Shown: positions 1 through 5,393 of the stretch, one piece after another
Layout: the number at the start of each line of letters is the position of its first letter
Numbering within the stretch: the first letter of the stretch is position 1
Virus record (IMG/VR): IMGVR_UViG_2698536508_000029
Source of the DNA: a virus
Lineage: Duplodnaviria; Heunggongvirae; Uroviricota; Caudoviricetes
Reading direction: 5' to 3' (one strand)
Length of the DNA stretch: 5,393 nucleotides
Notes under the pieces: model-generated
Told to the model about the DNA's origin: nothing
The model's database searches: none
What the model saw: the letters and a program-made list of their open reading frames with translations, nothing else
Made by a program: the position numbers and the translations under genes

Positions 1-19
1 TTTTACTTCTTCATGCCAA

Positions 20-46
20 AAGGGAGCTATCTCCCTTGTTTGAATT
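20..46 (+). terminator. Candidate intrinsic terminator of the upstream plus-strand gene
   Basis: Perfect inverted repeat AGGGAG (21-26) / CTCCCT (31-36) with 4-nt loop CTAT, followed by T-rich TGTTTGAATT. The U-tract is interrupted, so strength is uncertain. In K-12 gene order (from memory) the upstream gene would be gyrA. Confidence 0.4.
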
Positions 47-148
47 GAAAAGTCCAGGCTGCAAAGTCTGGGCTTTTGTCGTATTAGGGCACGGTAAAGT
101 TTGGCTGTGCCCGTAAAAAATGGCTGGCTATACACAAGGAATGTGGCA

Positions 149-2453
<2,305 letters not shown>

Positions 2454-2457
<4 letters not shown>

Positions 2458-3524
2458 GATATTTCAATTTTGTCCCACTCCCGCCCGCGACTGTCCCTGT
2501 AACGCGCCGCCATTGAATCTGATTTATGCCCGAGAAGACGTTGAGCAAACTTATCGCCAATCTGATTCCGGTATAGCCTCGCCGACAGGCTGCGCAGTTC
2601 ATGGAATGTTGGCGGGTCTCCATCAAATGAGAGTCCAGATGCATTTCTCGCCTTTGTAAAATACTTAGATACTGTTTTCGGGGAAAGCGGTTCGTGATGC
2701 GTTGATGCAATTATTGTTTCACTGCCGCTGGCCTCCCTGCATTTCTGTAGTGTATCAGCCAATGAGATATTGAGCGCGTCAATCGTTAGCGTCAGCGGAA
2801 TGGCGAGCTTAGCCCCTGTTTTACCCTGCTCAATGTGAAGATGGTTGTCGTTTATGTCTGACCATTTCATTCTGCATAAATCGCCTACTCTCTGCCCTGT
2901 AACGACAGCCAAATCCATTGCCAGCCTCAGCCAGATTGGGAGCGGTTCGGCTGCATGGTAAATCGCGACATATTCATTAGCTGTCAGTCTTGAACGCCTT
3001 ACTTCTGATTTTGCTGTGCGGGTTGCTGTTACCGGATTCGTAGCCACATGCCCCTCGGCTATTGCCTCACGAAAAACGTCAACAAGGGTTGACCTGATTA
3101 ATTTTGCGGAAGCCGCTTTACCTTCTGCTACGTAGGTGTTTAGCATTGCTGCCACCTCTTTCGTTGATATGTCAGCGAGCGGTTTGTCCGGCAATTTTCT
3201 TCGGATTGCCCTGATTTTGCTGGCGTAGTCGAGTAGAGTTTTCGGCCTGATACCCCTCTCGCTGAGGATTGTTTCATATCGGTCAAGCCACGCATGAAGA
3301 GTGATTGCGTCAGCGCCTTTAATTCTGTCTATCAGTGACTCACGCCTGTTCCCGGATAGCAACTCAATATTGGCCTGTATTGCTTCAGTGATTGCTATCC
3401 TCCTGTCTCGGCCTAATCCGAACTCTTTACCCGTCCTTGGGTCCCTGTAGCAGTAATATCCATTGTTTCTTATATAAAGGTTAGGGGGTAAATCCCGGCG
3501 CTCATGACTTCGCCTTCTTCCCAT
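2454..3524 (-). CDS. int: Tyrosine site-specific integrase, lambda Int family, 356 aa
   Basis: Same length as lambda Int. N-terminal ~55 residues (MGRRRSHERRDLPPNLYIRNNGYYCYRDPRTGKEFGLGRDRRIAITEAIQANIEL) match lambda Int from memory. Catalytic signature present: R in GQRVGDLC, K in QGKTGAKLAIP, HELRSLSARL, LLGHKSD and the tyrosine in AARYRD. Confidence 0.95.
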
Positions 3525-3720
3525 TTCTGATCCTCTTCAAAAGGCTACTTGTTACTGGTCGATTTAAGTCAACCTTTACCGCTGATTCGTGGAACAGATA
3601 CTCTCTTCCATCCTTAACCGGAGGAGGGAATATCCTGCATTCGCGCACCCATCGACGAACTGTTTCAAGGCTTCTTGGGCGTCGCTGGCGTGCATTCCAC
3701 TCCTGAAGTGTCAAGTACAT
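3502..3720 (-). CDS. xis: Excisionase Xis, 72 aa
   Basis: MYLTLQEWNARQRRPRSLETVRRWVRECRIFPPPVKDGREYLFHESAVKVDLNRPVT..LLKRIRNGKKAKS is near-identical to lambda Xis from memory (differs at about 2 residues). The 3' end overlaps the int start by 23 bp, as in lambda. Confidence 0.95.
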   Translation of the reverse strand: MYLTLQEWNARQRRPRSLETVRRWVRECRIFPPPVKDGREYLFHESAVKVDLNRPVTSSLLKRIRNGKKAKS

Positions 3721-3746
3721 CGCAAAGTCTCCGCAATTACACGCAA
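3707..3746 (-). promoter_or_regulatory. cII-dependent pI-type promoter (TTGC-N6-TTGC at 3746..3733, weak -10 near the xis ATG)
   Basis: Minus strand reads TTGCGTGTAATTGC-GGAGACTTTGCGA-TGTACT. This is the tetrad repeat TTGC-N6-TTGC of cII-activated promoters, with a poor -10 13 nt downstream overlapping the xis start, so the transcript would begin inside xis and express int without xis. Confidence 0.55.
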
Positions 3747-3767
3747 GAAAAGCCGCATTGATGCGGC
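3744..3767 (-). terminator. Hairpin plus U-tract (candidate intrinsic terminator or attenuator) upstream of xis
   Basis: Minus strand GCCGCA-UCAA-UGCGGC (perfect 6-bp GC-rich stem, 4-nt loop) followed immediately by UUUUCUUG; the U-tract overlaps the first TTGC of the pI site. Confidence 0.45.
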
Positions 3768-3825
3768 AATGGTAGGTCTGGATATCTTGAGAAATGAACA
3801 GGCCTCATTGAGTGTGAGGCTGTGG

Positions 3826-4170
3826 TTAGTCCTTGCGTAGCTCGCTAATTCTTCTGTAAGTCTCTGGTGCTTTGTTTCCGTGTATCTTCATTTCAGACTT
3901 CAACAGAGCGACGAGGGAATCCCATTCGTTGAGGATGCCTTTGAATGCCGGAACGCGCTTTGCAACCTTGTCGAATGAATCTCTGATTTCTGGAATCTGC
4001 TCAACAAGTGCAACGCATCGCCGGAAGTCTGCTGCGTCATGTGGAGCGCCGAAGTGATGACCATAGATATTCTTTTTCAGTCCACATGCGATTGAGGCAA
4101 GAGTTGCGCTACTGATGCCAACATCGCCAGTCGATTGCCATTTCAAAACCTTCATAGCCAAATCTGACAT
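3826..4170 (-). CDS. Hypothetical phage accessory protein, 114 aa
   Basis: ORF with ATG at 4170 preceded by GGAGA 7 nt upstream; stop TAA at 3826-3828. No transmembrane segment evident; contains a His-rich segment GHHFGAPHDAADFRRC. I could not assign it to any family. Confidence 0.7.
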   Translation of the reverse strand: MSDLAMKVLKWQSTGDVGISSATLASIACGLKKNIYGHHFGAPHDAADFRRCVALVEQIPEIRDSFDKVAKRVPAFKGILNEWDSLVALLKSEMKIHGNKAPETYRRISELRKD

Positions 4171-4180
4171 TTCTTGTCTC

Positions 4181-4208
4181 CATAAAACAAAACCCGCCGT
4201 AGCGAGTT
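4181..4208 (-). terminator. Hairpin with UACG tetraloop plus U-tract, ending ~10 nt before the 114-aa gene's RBS
   Basis: Minus strand AACUCGC-UACG-GCGGGUU (7-bp stem including one G-U pair) followed by UUGUUUUAU, then GGAGA and the ATG at 4170. Confidence 0.4.
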
Positions 4209-4260
4209 CAGATAAAAGAAATCCCCGCGAGTGCGAGGATTGTTATTCATTGCCGATATT

Positions 4261-4286
4261 CACCTTTATCGCGAACACCTTTACCG
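4261..4286. repeat. Two direct repeats CACCTTTAYCG (4261-4271 and 4276-4286), 15-bp period
   Basis: 10 of 11 positions identical, separated by 4 bp, lying immediately 3' of the 80-aa ORF stop in the 118-bp non-coding spacer. Confidence 0.35.
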
Positions 4287-4288
4287 GT

Positions 4289-4531
4289 TTATCTCCTTTG
4301 CATGGCGCGTAATTTTTTCAGATGGTTCTCCTGCTCTGTTTCAGCCAGAATTTGTCGGTATTCCTGGTGATCGATCCGTTCAAACAGTTCATTAAAATCG
4401 TTTATTTTTACCGACTGTGTTCGCCCATCCATTCTTCTGTACAACACAGTGTTGTTTATGCAGCGAAGAATTTTTATCGGGTAGCCGGCGCTATCGGTGT
4501 ATATCTGACCACGTTGAATCAGAGCGAACAT
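4289..4531 (-). CDS. Hypothetical small phage protein, 80 aa (possibly DUF4222-like; unverified)
   Basis: ATG at 4531 with GGGGA 7 nt upstream; the tracked 98-aa form starts at a TTG with no RBS. Beta-rich-looking N-terminal part (IQRGQIYTDSAGYPIKILR...VLYRRMDGRTQSVKINDF) and a basic C-terminal tail HLKKLRAMQRR. Confidence 0.65.
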   Translation of the reverse strand: MFALIQRGQIYTDSAGYPIKILRCINNTVLYRRMDGRTQSVKINDFNELFERIDHQEYRQILAETEQENHLKKLRAMQRR

Positions 4532-4605
4532 TCCTTTATCCCCAGCGGAAAAGCGAATACAGAATAAATGCCACCGCGATTGCAACTCCTACAGCGGTGA
4601 ATGCT

Positions 4606-4956
4606 TCAGGCCAATTCATCATTCACTCCCTGCGGCGGTTCTGGTAGCAGCATCCAGTACAAGGCGTTCCCTAACCACGATAAAGTGCCGTCGCTCAACT
4701 CCACGTATTCCTCTTGTACCTGTCCTGCCATATACTCACCGTGCTTTGAATAAATTAAAATCCAATCATCTTGAGCGGGCATTCGCTCACTACAGCTTAT
4801 CCAACCACCCGGACTTACCGGAGAGTTGCCAGTCTTACGCATGGCAATCTCCACGATTTCAACCATATCTCCTGGCAGAATTTTACAAAGCTGGCCAAAG
4901 CGCCTCTGCTGCCTGGCATACTCGAGGATGTGCTCCAGTTTGGTTCGATTAATCAT
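4606..4956 (-). CDS. Phage protein with C-terminal DUF551-like domain, 116 aa
   Basis: ATG at 4956 preceded by AAGGGAG. The C-terminal half (GWISCSERMPAQDDWILIY...LSWLGNALYWMLLPEPP) fits the W-I...P...W...WMPLPEPP pattern I recall for DUF551 phage proteins. Start overlaps the stop of the upstream ORF (ATGA). Confidence 0.75.
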   Translation of the reverse strand: MINRTKLEHILEYARQQRRFGQLCKILPGDMVEIVEIAMRKTGNSPVSPGGWISCSERMPAQDDWILIYSKHGEYMAGQVQEEYVELSDGTLSWLGNALYWMLLPEPPQGVNDELA

Positions 4957-5393
4957 GATTTATCTCCCTTAAGCATGGCTGCACGGCAGGCGTTCCAGCC
5001 TCTCACCTCTGCAATAGCTGCAACAGCATCAACTGTGTACATGCTAAGAGGGTTAGGCATTGGTTTTTCTTCCGGTACTACTGGCGATGGCTGTTTGGCT
5101 TCTAAATCAGCAATTCTGTCAACTACGGCATCGACAGCATCTGAAAAACTGAAACAGTTACTCCACTCAGGCCTATCCCCGGTTGTTGCGAAGTACATAT
5201 CAGCTAAAGCAGACTCAGCATGGTCACGCTCGTTAATGAGTTGCTCTTCGCTTTTTGAGGTGTACTGGCAATAGCGGACTCTACCATTTGTTCTTTTTTC
5301 AAGCAGCCATCTGATGATATTTTTCCCTGAAGGCTGCTGGGGAGATATTCCCCAGACGATAGTGACGACGCTGACGATTGTAGAAAATCTCAT
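4953..5393 (-). CDS. Hypothetical phage protein, >=146 aa (possibly 5'-truncated by the window edge)
   Basis: Open minus-strand frame up to the window edge, where an ATG occupies 5391-5393. Pro/Glu-rich linker AKQPSPVVPEEKPMPNPLS precedes a C-terminal segment MYTVDAVAAIAEVRGWNACRAAMLKGDKS. The true start cannot be fixed because upstream sequence is missing. Confidence 0.6.
   Translation of the reverse strand: MRFSTIVSVVTIVWGISPQQPSGKNIIRWLLEKRTNGRVRYCQYTSKSEEQLINERDHAESALADMYFATTGDRPEWSNCFSFSDAVDAVVDRIADLEAKQPSPVVPEEKPMPNPLSMYTVDAVAAIAEVRGWNACRAAMLKGDKS

Noticed and set aside
101-148. TTG-initiated 16-codon N-terminal extension of yfaA (tracked 578-aa form)
   Set aside because: No Shine-Dalgarno before the TTG, whereas the ATG at 149 has AAGGA at optimal spacing and yields the 562-aa form I recall for YfaA.
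3589-3840. 83-aa plus-strand ORF antisense to xis and the xis-upstream region
   Set aside because: It overlaps the near-lambda-identical xis on the opposite strand and the pI/hairpin region; spurious.
4171-4288. Type III toxin-antitoxin-like arrangement (repeat RNA, terminator, then toxin gene) for the spacer plus 114-aa gene
   Set aside because: Only two short 11-nt repeats rather than several ~35-nt tandem repeats, no identifiable promoter, and the protein shows no recognisable endoribonuclease features; kept only as a weak regulatory-element finding.
4532-4585. TTG-initiated 18-codon extension of the 80-aa gene (tracked 98-aa form)
   Set aside because: No RBS before the TTG; the internal ATG at 4531 has GGGGA upstream.
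4289-4956. Toxin-antitoxin pair formed by the 116-aa and 80-aa genes
   Set aside because: The genes are separated by 74 bp with a hairpin between them, neither resembles a known toxin or antitoxin fold by eye, and this slot normally carries unrelated small phage genes.
3872-5274. Plus-strand ORFs (61-167 aa) across the phage accessory region, including the 167-aa ORF at 4771-5274
   Set aside because: The minus strand is densely packed with RBS-preceded, overlapping or coupled genes; the plus-strand frames are Ser/Thr/Ala-rich, lack RBSs and are fully antisense.

Overview
This window is the junction between enterobacterial chromosomal DNA and the left (attL) end of a lambda-family prophage. 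Positions 1-2364 are host: the first two genes of the yfaA-yfaT-yfaS alpha-2-macroglobulin-type operon, yfaA (DUF2138) and yfaT (DUF1175), joined by an ATGA stop/start overlap. At 2365-2385, inside the last codons of yfaT, lies a 21-bp recombinase core (CAACTTA-TGACATG-GAAGTTG). It is followed by an AT-rich P' arm (IHF site, three arm-type Int sites) that is nearly colinear with lambda attP as I remember it. Then come int and xis on the minus strand (23-bp overlap, as in lambda), a cII-type TTGC-N6-TTGC pI site just upstream of xis, and four small leftward accessory ORFs (114, 80, 116 and >=146 aa) separated by hairpin/U-tract elements. The most likely place for anything undescribed is this accessory cargo, above all the hairpin-bracketed 114-aa gene next to xis, but I could assign no function to it from sequence alone. 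No rRNA, tRNA, CRISPR array or IS element was seen. All homology statements are from memory and by eye; nothing was searched or computed.
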